DNA of 64,000 nt, from assembly GCF_009914755.1 (NCBI RefSeq), contig NC_060936.1; one strand, 5' to 3'. This DNA comes from the human T2T-CHM13v2.0 reference genome, Homo sapiens. A model generated the notes under the pieces. It made no database searches. It saw only the letters and a program-made list of their open reading frames with translations, and was not told where the DNA came from. Below, piece after piece: positions 31,557 through 47,527 of this stretch. The first letter of the stretch is position 1. Each line of letters starts with the position of its first letter. Made by a program: the position numbers and the translations under genes.

Positions 31557-32272
31557 TTTATTTAATTTATTTATTTATACTTTAAACTCTGGGGTACATG
31601 TGCAGAATGTGCAAGTTTGTTACATAGGTATACATGTGCCATGTTGGCTTGCTGCACACATCAACCCGTCATCTACATGAGGTATTTCTCCTAATGCTAT
31701 CCCTCCCCTAGCCCCCACCCCCAACAGGCCCAGTGTGTGATGTTCCCCTCCCTGTGTCCATGTATGCTCATTGTTCAACTCCCACTTATGAGTGAGAACA
31801 TGCAGTGTTTGGTTTTCTGTTCCTGTGTTAGTTTGCTGAGAATGATGGTTTCTAGCTTCATCCATATCCCTTCAATGGACACAAACTCATCCTTTCTTAT
31901 GCCTTCATAGTATTCCATGGTGTATATGTGCCACATTTTCTTTATCCAGTCTATCATTGATGGGCATTTGGGTTGGTTCCAAGTCTTTGCTATTGTGAAC
32001 AGTGCCACAGTAAACACAGGTGTGCATGTGTCTTTATAGCAGCATGATTTATAATCCTTTGGGTATGTACCCAGTAATGGGATTGCTGGGTCAAATGGCA
32101 TTTCTGGTTCTAGATCCTTGAGAAATCACCATACTGTCTTCCACAATGGTTGAACTAATTTACACTCCCACCAACAGTGTAAAAGCATTCCTATTTCTCC
32201 ACATCCTCTCCAGCATCTGTTGCTTCCTGAGATACCATCTCATGCCAGTTAGAATGGCGATCGTTAAAAAGT
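31557..32272 (-). mobile_element. L1PA (PA7-8-like) 3' fragment with short 5' inversion
   Basis: ORF2 C-terminus (ORF 31775-32101); sense segment 32229-32272; TSD tagggctg(ga/c)ttta. Confidence 0.92.
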
Positions 32273-33763
32273 TAGGGCTGCTTTAAATGCTCCCTCTGTA
32301 GGTGGGTATCAGCAAATTTGGTATGGTTTCTCTTTCTGCTATAATAGGGTGGCACTGAGTTCAATGCCTCACAATTGCGGTGCTCTCCCTCCCCCAGTGC
32401 ACTGAAATGCTCTCTGCAGCACACTGCCACTGCTGGGAGTGGGTGTGGGTGGTGGTGGTGATTCGAGACTCCCTTTTCTACCTCTTCAGTGCCTCTTTCA
32501 GTGATATTAAGTTAAAGCCAGGTACTGTTAGTGCTCCCCTGAGTTTTGGTTCCCATGAAGGTGCTTTTTTGGTGTGTAGATAGTTGTTAAATTGGTGTCC
32601 TTGTGGTGGGGACGGTCGATGGAGCCTTCTATTTTACCATCTTGCTTTCCTCTTCCCCGGGTTTGATTGCTATATGGTTACACTCAGTGCACCATCGGCT
32701 TGAAATTCCTTTAGTGATTCCTTGCACTTAGAATGTGAGCTAATTTTCCAGAGGTTATTTTCTCAGTGTCCGCTTCCTTCTTGGCTTTGAATATTTCCAA
32801 TGTGCTCAAGAGAGAATCTGTTTCTTGTAGCTCTCCTAATTGTATTCCCTATTATTTTCACTTGGTGCTTCTTAGCCTAGTGGAGGACCAGGGCCAAATT
32901 CTCTGATGTTCTGATTAAGCATTAGGCTTAGTAGACACTGTATCACTTAGCCTCTAGTGTATGGCTTTCAAAGGTGCTCCTACCCCTCTTCAAGCTGTAG
33001 TGTGTCTAGCATGTATTCTCATCCCTCCCTCCGGGTAGAGCTTTCTGTTTCCTTCCCTTTAGATGCAATGAGTTTCCACAGTATCCTGATTGACAGTTTT
33101 TATTATACTTCTGTCTGAAGACTAAGACTTTTGTCCCATACGGGAAATAGAAGAGATGAAACTGCGGAAATTTATCACTGACTGCCGTTTCTCTCTGCAG
33201 CCAGGATCATGAAGGAAGCTGTCTTGAGATTATCTCACATCTTCTCTCTAAGTGTCTGGTGAGATTCTTAGAACCTGCAAGAGGGTGCAAACTCCCCTGT
33301 ATTTACAGTCCCCAGGGTCTTTACACTCTCACAATAGTCCACATTTGTTCTGTAGAAATGTATCTAAAAGTTTTGCTTGAATCCTTCTTATCAGCTTATG
33401 TGGCTTTCAGCAATGTCTACTCCAGGGAAGCAAATGCTTAATATATATTTCTCCCTGAAGAATCATGTCTTTCTCTAGATTGCAGGTTAGTTTGTTACCC
33501 TGCAGCCACAGTTCTCAGACAAACTTAATAAAAATTATTAATTTGTAGTTTGATAAGGGTGGGAGAAATGCTTTTCAGTGCTCTACATTTCTGAGTTGAA
33601 ACTGGGGATCTGGCTGTCTTGATTTTGTCTCCGATTTTTATCAGAGAATAATCCAGGCTGCTTTAAATACACAAAAACTAAGAATGAACTCAACATACAG
33701 CGGGGATCAGAGGATACTCAACATAGAGAGCGGATCGGAGATCTGAACTTATTTCTTTAGCTT

Positions 33764-34060
33764 TGTGAACCCTGAATATCTGAGACAAATCCCAGTCAAC
33801 TTAGAAAGTTTATTTTGCCAAGGTTAAGGACATGCGCCCGTGTCACAGGCTCAGGAGGTCCTGAAGACATGTGCCCAAGGTGGTAGGGCACAGCTTGGTT
33901 TTATACATTTTAGGGAGGCATGAGACATCAATCAATATATGTAAGATGAACATTGGTTCCATCCGGAAAGGTGGGACAACTGGAAGCAAAGTGGGGGGAC
34001 AACTTGAAGCGGGTAGGGGACTTCCAGGTCATAGGTAAATAAGAGAAAAAATGTTGCATT
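33764..34060 (-). mobile_element. Partial MER4A-type ERV1 LTR
   Basis: tgtgaaccc...tctgagaca...agaaagtttattttgccaaggtt...gacatgtgcccaaggtggt. Confidence 0.8.
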
Positions 34061-34119
34061 TCCATCATTGTGGCTGAAAGCAACCAGGGAAAAGAGCCTG
34101 GGGTAACCACTGACACAAG

Positions 34120-34440
34120 TAACAATAAGGATGACTCTCAGAATCATCATACTTGTGAAAAAAGCCAGACATAAAGAGTGCATGTTGTGATTCCATTTAT
34201 ATAAAATTCTAGAAAATGAAAACCAATCTGTGGTGACGAAAAGCACATCAGTGGTTGCCTGGGGCCAGGAGAAGAGGGAGCCATGGACTGAAAAGACGCA
34301 TTAGGATCTGTTTTTGGGGTGACAGAATGTTCTGTCTGTGTAGTGTTTTCATGGGTGGACACTGCCAAACTCATTGAACTTTATCCTTTAAATGGATACA
34401 CTGTATTCCACGTAAATTATAACTCAATCTGGTTGATAAA
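34120..34440 (+). mobile_element. Old L1 (L1MC/ME) 3' end
   Basis: gattccatttatataaaattctagaaaatg...cagtggttgcctgggg...aaattataactcaat. Confidence 0.75.
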
Positions 34441-37261
34441 AAGTACTGATGTGTGTATTTAGGTCTTGCCTTTCCCAATCGGCCTGTGGTCCTCTGGAGG
34501 AAGGGCCATGTTGTCCTTGCCTGGGCTGCACTGAAGCAGTAACACAGTGCTGAGGAGGCCTCTGGCACAGAGAGACTGAGTGGGAAACATGCTCTGCCTT
34601 TCACCAGCTGTGATTCCTTAACTAGCAGCCTCTCCTTGGCCTCAGTCTACTCTCCATAATATAGAGACAAAAATGTAATGTACAGAGTATTTGGAGAGGT
34701 TAACGGGTATAATTCTACATAAAATTTTGAAAACAACGCAGGGTTCATAGTAAGAACTTAATACATGATATATATTATTATTCCTTTTGGCATTTATTAT
34801 TAGTTAAAAACTCAAGGTAAAAGGAATATTTTTGAGTACCTACTGCGCCTCAGACACAGTACACTTCACTAAACTCAGTAATACATACAAAGTGATTCAG
34901 ATGATAAGTGAATATCTAAGGTTTTTCTCTACATAGTTTTGATTCTTTTTGCCTCTTTTAATGTAGAATTTCAGCATTGTTTGTACGTTTGTGAGAAACA
35001 TACTACCTGATTCTGTAGCATTTTTTTTTTCTTCTAACATAGCAGCACATGTCTCAGGTTGGCAGAGGGGTCGTGAGGGAAGCCCAACGTGCAGTCAGCC
35101 TCCCATCAGGGCAGGCAGGTGGGTCAACAGTGTGGCAAACACAGAGGGTGGCTGATGCACAGATTAAATTCTTGCTTCTTTTTAAAATAGAACATGAAGT
35201 AAATGATGTGTCTTACAAGATACCCAAAGGAAACATATTCACATCTGGAGAGCCCCTTTTAGCCTCTTTTATTATAAAGCAATGTAGTTGCAAAAGTGTA
35301 ATTTGACAGTAAAAATATTAACCTCTAAAGGCAACTTTCCCAGGATGACATTTACAAGCCACCTCACACATGCTCACAGATTAACATGACACAAATCATC
35401 TGTTTTCAATCTCCATGTTCCTGCCCTCAGCTCTTCTTATATTAGGATTGACAGCATTTGGTTTTCAATGTTCCTCTTGAGGCTCAGAGAGCCCTGAAGG
35501 TATCAGTTAGATGAATGATGGGAATCTGGCTCTGATCTTTATTTTGCTATGTCATCCTGTCATCTCCCCACACCCCTCCTTCCCCTGCCAATAAAACACA
35601 CATGTACCTCACACATAGAGATCTTAATTCTGAGTTAAAAGGCCAATTGACCACTGGGAATCCAAGGCCTCACATTTATCAGCTTTGTTCCTTCTGGTCT
35701 GTCTTCTCTCATAATATATGAAATCACTTTCACTTTTCTTAATGTCATTACCATGATAACCTTGTGTAAGTCACCTTCTTTGCCTTCTTACAGATACACA
35801 CACTACTGATGGTGGTGTACAGAAATGAATGGGTCTCAGAGGAAACAGTTGTGACATATTCATTCACACACTCAGCATCTATTTATTGAATAACTTCTAT
35901 GGCGCTGTGCTATTAGCAGAGACAGCAGGGAAAAGGAGAAAGGTCCATGTTCTGAAGCAGATTACCATCAGGTGGGGAAGATAGATAAGAAACAACCAGG
36001 AGCATTAGGAGAGTGGTAATTATTGTGAAGAAGTACATTATATAACAGAGCAATCTGGTGCAATTAATACAGTTTAAGTGACATGATATAAGCAATAGGA
36101 AGAGTCTAAGTAATGGAGCAATGTTGTAAATTCAGTGTACACAGTAGCACACACAGCAAATTAGATACAGGAAAATAGTGACCAGAGGCGGGTGCCAAGT
36201 TTAAATTAGGAGTGGCTCCGGGAATGCATTCTGAGGGGTGGCATTTGAGATGCAGTCCTATGTCATTTATAATCCTTTTGGTGGCAAGTAACAAAACCAC
36301 ATAGACCAAGATGGCTTTAGCCACAAGAACGACAATCACCTGATAAAACGCCTCAAAGTCGGGGGGTCCAGGTGGGCTGGTCCAGCGGCTCCTCTAGGCC
36401 ATCGAGGGCCCGGGTTCCTTAGCTTCCGGGGTCAGTCTGGGCCACGGCTGGCTCCCTCAGGGCTCCGAGATCCCTGCAGCAGTTCCTGTCGTCAGTTCCC
36501 ACAGGACAACATGCAGTGCGAGGAGGAGGCGCCACTTTCGGTGAGTCTCTTTGATCAAGGAGATGTTTCCCAGAAGCCCCAGTAGCCTTCTCACAGCTCA
36601 CTGGCCAGAGTAATAGCACATGCTTTCCCCTAAACCAATCATTGGCAAAGCAGATGCGGGTTTAATGATGGAGGTAGGGAGGCCTGTGGTGAATGGAGGG
36701 CAGTGGATTTCCTGAAGAAAACCTTATTAGTATTAGAAAAGAGGAAAGTGTATGTGTGTCGGGCAGAGGTGCTGGTGCATAGTTGACTGGCCAGTAGAAA
36801 ACCACTTATGAAGGACATCAGATCATATCCTCAGAAGACCATGGCATGGCCTTGGGATGGGGCTAAGCCTAGGAGAGCTCAGGGGAGCAGTGAAGACACA
36901 TGAAGAGGGGCCTGTGCCGGGTAGGGAGGGCGTGCAAGGTGAGGCCAGAGAAGGAGGCAGGTCCAGGGCATTAGGGCCTGGTAGGCCCCTGTAAGGTGTT
37001 TGGATTGTATCTGGTATAGCAGAAGTTCCTGGAGAGGACAGAGGTGATCCAAGCAGAGGAGACAGCCCTGGGCCAGCAGTCAGCAGTCAGGTGCCGGCTC
37101 ACACACGCAAAATGCTGTGCAAGAGGCGGTCCCTTTCTGTATGCTGGATTCAGTACAGGTAAAATGAGGCTCATGGCACCCACCTCGTGGCATTACCGTG
37201 GGACTTACTGCATTGAAAGGAGAGTGTTGCGGCAATGAGGTCCTGTACAAGTATGAGCTGT

Positions 37262-37345
37262 CTTGTTCTCATTATTTGAGATAGTTATAAAATGCCTATG
37301 AACACTGAATTAGCGAGTACTGAACCTTTGCTTGTAGGAGAAATA

Positions 37346-37378
<33 letters not shown>

Positions 37379-37790
37379 TTCTAATAGTCTGTAATCTTCT
37401 ATTACAAAAGAAATATTGAAGTTTGGAAGTGTTAGGTGACTTGTCTGAGGCTGCCTCACTAACAGGTGCCAGAGTAGGGATTCAGATTCTGTCCTACTGG
37501 ATCCAGCGCCCAAGCTGAAGCTTCCCACACAGTGCTCCACTGCCCCCTATATTGTCCATGCTCTGGTCTTTGTATGAGAGCTGAGACAAGAAGGCAGAGC
37601 GAGTACTTGCTTGACCTCAACTGGGGATGCGTGCATGGCAGGTGGTTCAAAATTTTCCCCTCTCTGTGCAATTCCACAAATGACCAAAAAAGGAAGGTAC
37701 TGCAAGTACTGACTTTGGGGTTACAAATAACTTTTAGGGAGTAGATGAGTTTGCAAATATGGAATCCACAAATAATGAGGGTCATCTGTA
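37262..37790 (-). mobile_element. TcMar-Tigger DNA transposon relic (MER82-like)
   Basis: Inverted ends ctcattatttg (37269) and caaataatgag...ctgta (37770-37790); gaacactgaattagcgagtactgaacc motif. Confidence 0.65.
37347..37377. repeat. (AC)15 microsatellite
   Basis: Directly visible. Confidence 0.97.
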
Positions 37791-40400
37791 ATTGGTGAGA
37801 CCATGAAGTGAGAAACTCTGGTTTCTGTATATCTAATATATCCTTTGTACGTTGTTAGATACCTCAAGTCTTAGTACTCAGTATGATTAGCCTTATTTGT
37901 GCTGTTTTAATTGAATTACTTAAAATGGAGGCATACACTTTTTTAAGGGTATGCATGTCCCAGGAGAAAAAACTCAAAAGATAGTCAACATAAAGAATTG
38001 CTAAGCCCTCTTACTTTGTTATGTTTTTAATTAATTTATTTTTCCCATATGAGCTATACATCACTTCCTAAAAGATGGGGCAGGTTTAAGACTGTAGTGC
38101 TCCGAAAGGATGCAGACAGTTACATTATTTCATTCCTTATGAACATAGAAAGGGCCTCACAGTTTCCAAAACTGGTGTGTTCTCTCCAGTGGGATGTGAT
38201 TCAGAGTGATTTGATGTGTGATTGGGGGTGGTTGGGTAGCAGTAAACAAGGGAGAACCGTAATTTTCCACAAATGCAAGAGGTTTGAGGTCTGCACTACA
38301 GAACATTGGACTGAGAAAGTTCTGGCAATAGGTGATAACCACCTGAGCTAGGGAGAAGTGAGAGCAGAACTCCCCAATGTATCCACTGCAGGTTTCTAAA
38401 TCACAGGGGGCCTCAATCTCTTTTTTTCTGAGCAGGGTTGGGGGGACTTCCTTCTCTCGAGGTAGTCTGCATGCCACAGGCAGAACAAGCAGTGAGTTCA
38501 GGGGAAATCAGAGGTCTTACTGAGCCTTCACCTTCTCCTAGTGCAATGCTTCCTTGGGAAGGCAGATATTTCTCTATAATGGGGCTTCCACACCTTGAGT
38601 ACCTAAATGGATGGCAGTCAGGCTCAGCATTGTGTCAGCATCTATTAAAAATAAGAACATGACCCTCCACTCCATTTTCTTCTCTGAATGGAGATCTTGT
38701 TCTGATTATTCTCTTTACAGTCCTGGGCACAATGAAGCAGATTTAACTGCCTCAAACATGCTCTAAAATACAGCTAATTTGCTTGCTTCATTGTTGTTCT
38801 TCTCTCTCTTTTTATAAAATAAAGCAAAGAGAGGGATAGAAGTAGATTCTTTTCTTTTTTTAATTTGAAAAGTTAAAGAAATGCCATATTCAGCTCCCTG
38901 TGGAATTTTGGGGATGAGAGACACATTAGCTATCAGGCCTAATGGTAGCTCTATCTACTACCATCTTAGGCCTGGAAGGAAAAAGACTTTAGACTGCTAA
39001 GTTCTGACAGGATAGGAAAGGGGCTCCAAAAATGAACTTAGCCAGACTCCAGTAACTCTTCAGCAATCCTTGTTCATTGCTTTGTGGACTGGGATTATCA
39101 AGTCAAAGTCTCAATGATTTCAGCAGATCTCCCAATGAGCAGCCTGTGTTAATTATACTTAAGGATTCCTAAAGACGTCATTGGTGTTGAGAAGTGGAAG
39201 TGACAAGGATCCATCCCTGTGACTGGGGATGCAGGGTGAGTCTTAAGTGTCCCATTAGCTATTTTCTCCTTGGTTTCCATGTCGAGCTACAGTGTAGAGC
39301 TGTTGGGTGGCAAAAGGCCGGTTTCATTTCCAAGGAAGCACATTCATATTAGTGCCATTTTTTTTTGGCGGGGTGGGTGGCGAGGTGGTAATTTATCTCA
39401 AACCACTTGGAAGTTTACTCTTTAAGTTTGGAAGTGGGCACTTCTGACATTGTTCTTGAGCCATTCACTTGACCATGTCAAATAGGCAGTTGGGCACGTG
39501 TGTCTGGGGCTCAGAAGGGAGGCCTGAGTTGTAGTTACAGATTCAAGTGAGGAAGAGAAGCAACAAGAATAAGTCCTAGTTTCTGGCTTGCAAAAGTGGG
39601 GCTGTGGTGGCTCCACTGGTTGAGGTGGGGGCCCTGCCAGCGGCACAGGCTTGACACTGCCCCTCAGCAGTATGAATGCAAAGGTTGCACAATACTTTTT
39701 ATTTTCTGTCCTCTGCTCATGAAACGATTTGTGATCCCTCTTTCTTCTCTCTACCTAGTTACATAAATACATTTTCCTGATTGTCCAGGAGAGAAAGTCA
39801 GCCACAATTTATTTGCTTATCCTGAAAATGTGAAGTAAAATGGGGACTTAAATGGTCTAATGCTCAACCTACTGAAGCATGCACATTAGAGAGGCCACCC
39901 CCAAGTGCTGAGTCAAAAGACCACGGTGAAATGCCACATTCGTTCTGCAAAATTATAGCTGAATGGGGCAAAAATAATTATATCCATGTTTCTAATGCAT
40001 TTCACAACTATTTTGCCTACCAGGATTTTAATCTAGTGCAAAGCTCTCCTGATTTTTCAGAGAACCTCAGTATGACTTGAATAATGTGCTTTTTCAGTAA
40101 CATAAAAACCTTTTATGCATCTTCAGATATGGTGCAAGAGTGAACTATGAGGCACCTGGGGTTTGATTAGTGATCGTTTGAGTACCTAAAAAAGGTAAGA
40201 TAAAGAAAAACACACATACACACAAAAGGCAACAGAGGTTATATAACTCCATTAAATTATGTTAATGGTTTTACTTGTCAGTATTTTGTAATACAAAATA
40301 GTTTTCCTGGAGTCTATTTGTCAGTGTTTGTCACTAATTAGTGCCTACAAATTACCTTTTGTACAAGTTCTGTTCATTGGGTTGTTTTGGTGTCTAATAA

Positions 40401-40703
<303 letters not shown>

Positions 40704-41349
40704 TGAGGAATCAAAGAGAAGGCTGTGGATCCGATTGTCCTGGAGCCCAGATCTTTGTGGGAGGCAAACTGGCCCTCAGGGACTCAAGCCATTGGGAAGC
40801 AACATCCACAGCGGGAAGCGTGGTCTGGGCTTTGGGTTCAGATGGATCTGACTTGAGTACTTACTAGCACCTTGACATGAGGAAATTATAATGAAGATGA
40901 TAATAATAATAATAGTAACAACCTCATAGAATAGTTGCTAGGATTCAGTAAAACGAATGCAATACATAACAAGCACCTAGCACAAGATGTGGCATTTAGG
41001 ACATAGCTATTTTCTATTCCTTACTCACTTCTTTATTGTTCATTCCTATGTTATTCACTCTCAGTTCCCCTGCTTGTAAATGTCAGCCTTCCTCCATGGA
41101 GCACAGTACAGTGGTTAAGACCGTGGGCTGTGGGATAAGGCTGCCTGAGTTGTTCCCCACCACCATCCCGCGCCGGGCAAGACTCTTCCTTTTTTTGCCT
41201 GAATTTTAACCCCAGCTTTACAACTTGTACCTGTGTGACATTGGACATGTGATTTAACCTATCTCTTTCTCAGTTTCCTCATCTATCAATTAGGGATGAT
41301 AACATTACTGAAGGGTTGTCCCCAGAACTCAGTGAATGGATACATACTA

Positions 41350-42850
<1,501 letters not shown>

Positions 42851-43129
42851 ACAAAAGGCCAAGGTGGATCTCGAAAACCCTTGCTGAAACTTGAAGGGCC
42901 GCTGGGGGAAGTGATACTGCCCTGCCTGCCTGACATCTTCCAGCCTCCACCCAGCCCAGGGAAGTGCCCTCGTCTCCTATGGGCAAACCCAGAGGGATTC
43001 AAGTGGGATTCCTGCTTCACTGTGGGAATCCACAGTGCCAGGGGAACAAAACAGACCAGAATAGCACCTGAGGGCTCTCAAGCCAAATTTTCATTAGAAC
43101 TTAAGTGCACAAAAGTAGGCTAGGACATA

Positions 43130-45030
43130 TGCACTAAAACAAAGCAAATTTAACTACAATAGATTTCAGCTGCACCCAGGGTTTCCTGTCATAATATACA
43201 GAACGTCCAGAATATAACTGAAAAAATTCATTTGTCATACCAAGAATTAGATAAACCACAACTTGAATGAGAAAAGATGATCAACTGATGGCAGTGCCCA
43301 GATAAATCAGATGTTAGAATATCTGACAAGGATTTTAAAGCAGCCATACCAAAGGAAAAAAGAAAAGCTTTCAGTAGGAAATTACAAATAGCCTTGGAAC
43401 CAATTAAAATGGAAAATATCTCAGCAAGGAAATATAACTTATAAAAAAGAACCAGATGTAAATTATAGAAAATATAGGAAAGAGGGAGAACAAAAGCCCT
43501 CAGTAGGCTCGGCAGTACAGTGGAGATGACAGAGGATAAAATCAATGAACCTGAGGACAGACAATGCAATTTACTTAATCTCAATAACAGAGAAAATAGT
43601 CTTGGGGGAAAAAGGGAACGGAGCATCAGGGACTTGTGGGACCATAACAAAAGATCTAGGATTCCCGTAATTAGAATCCGAGAACAAGAGGAGAAAAGGT
43701 GTCGGGCTCAAACAGTATTTGCAGAAATAATGGCTGAAAACCTCTCCAATTTGTCAAGAGACATAAACACATAGTTTCAAAAAGCTTGGGAAACCACAAA
43801 CATGATAAACCCAAAGAAATCCATGTGAAGACACATAGTAATTAAACTTCTGAAAATTAAAGACAAAGACAGTCTTAAAAACATCCAGAGAGAGGTTATA
43901 CCAATTTGAATGGCAATGAATTTCTTGCCTGAAACCACGGAGGCCAGAAGGATTTGGCACATTTTTCAGGCGCTAAAAGAAAGGAACTGTCAGCCTCAAA
44001 TTCTTTACCTGGCAAAAGTATCCTTTAGGAATGAAACGAGAATAAAGACATTCTTAAATGAACAAAAGTTGGAGAGTTTGTTTCAGGAGACCTACCTTTA
44101 AAGGGTGGCTAATGGAACAGAAAAAATTATAATGGAAAAGGATTTGGAACTTCAGAAAGGAAAGAAGAATGATAGAATGAGTAAAAACACTGTTAAATAG
44201 GATAGACTTTCCTTCGCATCAATTTTTTACATCATGTTTGGTATTCAAAGGGAAAATTATGACATTATCTGATGTGGTACTTAGGATAGACAGAAAAACA
44301 TACTTAAAACAATTGTATCCTTTTTTTTTTTTTTTTTTAATTATACTTTAAGTTTTAGGGTACATGTGCACATTGCGCAGGTTAGTTACATATGTATACA
44401 TGTGCCATGCTGGTGTGCTGCACCCACTAACTCGTCATCTAGCATTAGGTATATCTCCCAATGCTACCCCTCCCCCCTCCCCCCACCCCACCACAGTCCC
44501 CAGAGTGTGATATTCCCCTTCCTGTGACCATGTGATCTCATTGTTCAATTCCCACCTATGAGTGAGAATATGCGGTGTTCGGTTTTTTATTCTTGCGATA
44601 GTTTACTGAGAATGATGGTTTCCAATTTCATCCATGTCCCTACAAAGGACATGAACTCATCCTTTTTTATGGCTGCATAGTATTCCATGGTGTATATGTG
44701 CCACATTTTCTTAATCCAGTCTATCATTGTTGGACATTTGGGTTAAAAGCGGTCAGGGTAATGGGACTTACAGGGAACTAAGGTATCTACACTCAAAGTA
44801 GCAAAGCTTTGGTATCATTAGACTGTAATAAGTTATGCTTGTATGTTAATAAGCTCTATGTATACCATTGCCAATTTCCTGGTTTTGATATTTTCCTATA
44901 GTTAGGAAGATGCTAACTTCAGGGAATTGCATAAAGAGTGTATAAGATCTCCTGTTTTTTTTTTTTTTTCTGTTGTTGCTGTTGTTTTAGCTTTTAGTGA
45001 ATTTCTAATTATTTTGAAATTAAAAGTTTA
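43130..45030 (+). mobile_element. Old L1M ORF1 region plus L1 3' end fragment
   Basis: ORF1p-like peptides (ORFs 43520-43774 and 43910-44101: EARRIWHIFQALKERNCQPQILYLAKVSF). Confidence 0.8.
44321..44743 (-). mobile_element. Very young L1 (L1PA2-like) 5'-truncated insertion
   Basis: Pure T-tail; minus strand reads gctagatgacGAGttagtgggtg and caatgtgcacatgtaccctaaaac (GAG, not the Ta ACA diagnostic). Confidence 0.9.
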
Positions 45031-47032
45031 AATAAATGAATAGGATACAATCTATCCTAAAATAACAGGATTATTTTGTTTCATTACTACAGGATTTATA
45101 ACATCTGATGTATTCATTGACCATTGTTATGATACTGCCACATTTTAGTGAAACACAAGCCTAGTGGTGTTCTTCTTAAATTTTACCCATTAATTTAAAG
45201 GAAACTTCCCATTGCTAGCACAAATGGTCAACTAGTGTCATTTATCATAAAATAAATTTAACCTAAAATTATTGCAAAGAAAATTAAACAATGTTGTTAA
45301 ATTCTGAGTAGACACTATTGCCTGCCTATGTGAGCTTGTCTTTATTAACTAAAGGAAAGTAGTTAGTTCCGAGAAGCTTTAAAGACATCCTAGCACAGAA
45401 CAGAGACATTCCCTGTGACATATTCAGAAGGACTGGAAAATAAAATGGGAATAACTTTTCAGTATGTTATTCAATTTTTTTAATTGAATGCTATGTTTCT
45501 TTGCCACCTAACACCATCTCTCTTACTCACGGAGATACTCATTTCTTACTTTGGGAAACCAAAATTGTTACGCTATTGTGCTGGTGAAAATTTTTCTACC
45601 ATTTTATAAATGGTTCTCAGACCTTTCAGGGAGGCGGAATGTCATATAGTAAAGAAGGTGGGTTTCAGAAGTCAAATGGAGCTGTATCCAGACCTGCTAA
45701 TTGCCAGCTATCTGGGCTACATATTCACCACTCTGAGCCTGGTTTCTTTATGCAAAAATAAGAACATGTTTCATAGCTGTTGTGAAGATGAATGGACTTA
45801 GCTATAGAAAGGAAGAGGACACACATGATGGGGCAGCTGGTCTGGCTGTGTGGGCCCTGCCTCGGGAGACAACCAGCTGTGTGGCCCTGGCTGAGTGGCC
45901 GCACAAACCATGTCTTGGTTTCCTCATTGGTAAGATCAGGGAAATAATTCAACCTTGCTCTTTGGGGGTGTGTGAAGATTACATGAATTAAATATGCACG
46001 GCTGTTGTGTGCTGCGTGGGCGATGGATGTCCGCTCTCATCATTATGTAAGCACGTGGAAGAAGACACACAGTAGGTCTAATTCAGCATGCATGAGTCAC
46101 TCCCCTTCCCCCCTTCTCCCCTGACAGAATCCCCAGGCACTGAGGGCACAGACTGGTCAGTAGTCACCAAACAAAGCACTCTCATAAAGGGACACAGGAC
46201 TGCTACTTCTTGAGGGGAACGTTCTGGAATTGCAGAGCCAGAGAGACTTTCTCAGGGTGGATTGTGGACAGGTGGAGGTTAGAGGATAACAGGTGCCAGG
46301 GAGAGAGGAAGGGTCAGAGCCATAAGGAAGGAAGGGAGAAGCCAGGATGGGCAACAGGAGAGACACATTTCAGATGTTTTAGCAGTAGCTTGAGCAGGTT
46401 TGCTCACAGAGCAGTGATTTTAGATTAGGGTAGGATGGTGGAAGGAGAGGATCCTTTGGCAAACTTTAGGGCCATAAGCTCAGGAAGTTGCTTCTTTCTG
46501 TACAGACTCAAGGGCCTCAGCTGATGAGGAGGTCGGGTGTTAGAACCGTCGACTGCTGATGGTTCCTGGTTGGTCTGGGGTTCCTAAAGGGCCATTTCTG
46601 AGGTGTCATCATATCTTGACCTACTTGGTCCTCATGTGGTACTATGAGAGAGGAAAGGGGCCAGCTGTTCCTATGTTCATTTCCAAGGGGAGGTAGCTGA
46701 GCCTGTGAGAGGGTAGAGAACTTGGCATGAGGTCCAATGGGAGGGGTCAAAATGAATCCAAACAGCAGTTCTGACTCATATCTTAGGTTCCTCCATCCCA
46801 CAGGGGAATGATTTTAAAATTACCAGTTTCCAGGACGCCAAGACCAGAGCCTCAGCCTCTGTCTGGGTCAGGAAGGCAGGAGCTGCCCTTGCCATTCTTG
46901 TTGCAAGCAGAAAGCACATCATCCTCATCAAAGTGTGCTTGTGGAATGAGTGAATGAACTGGGAGTGGATAGATGGCTGAGCAGGTCCTGCAGGAGAAGG
47001 ACCATTTCATTTCATTCTGTGGGCTCACCTAG

Positions 47033-47527
<495 letters not shown>

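Larger units (their letters stand above)
23935..32659 (-). mobile_element. Full-length decayed LINE-1 (L1MA1-3-like) with two nested L1PA insertions
   Basis: 3' end at 23935. ORF2 remnants: 25103-25738, 26124-26354 and 26482-26775 (RT region), 28135-28329 (endonuclease CLQETH). ORF1 remnant 29662-29871. 5' start reads GGAAAGCAAGATGG..AATAGAAGGCTCC on the minus strand. Confidence 0.9.
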
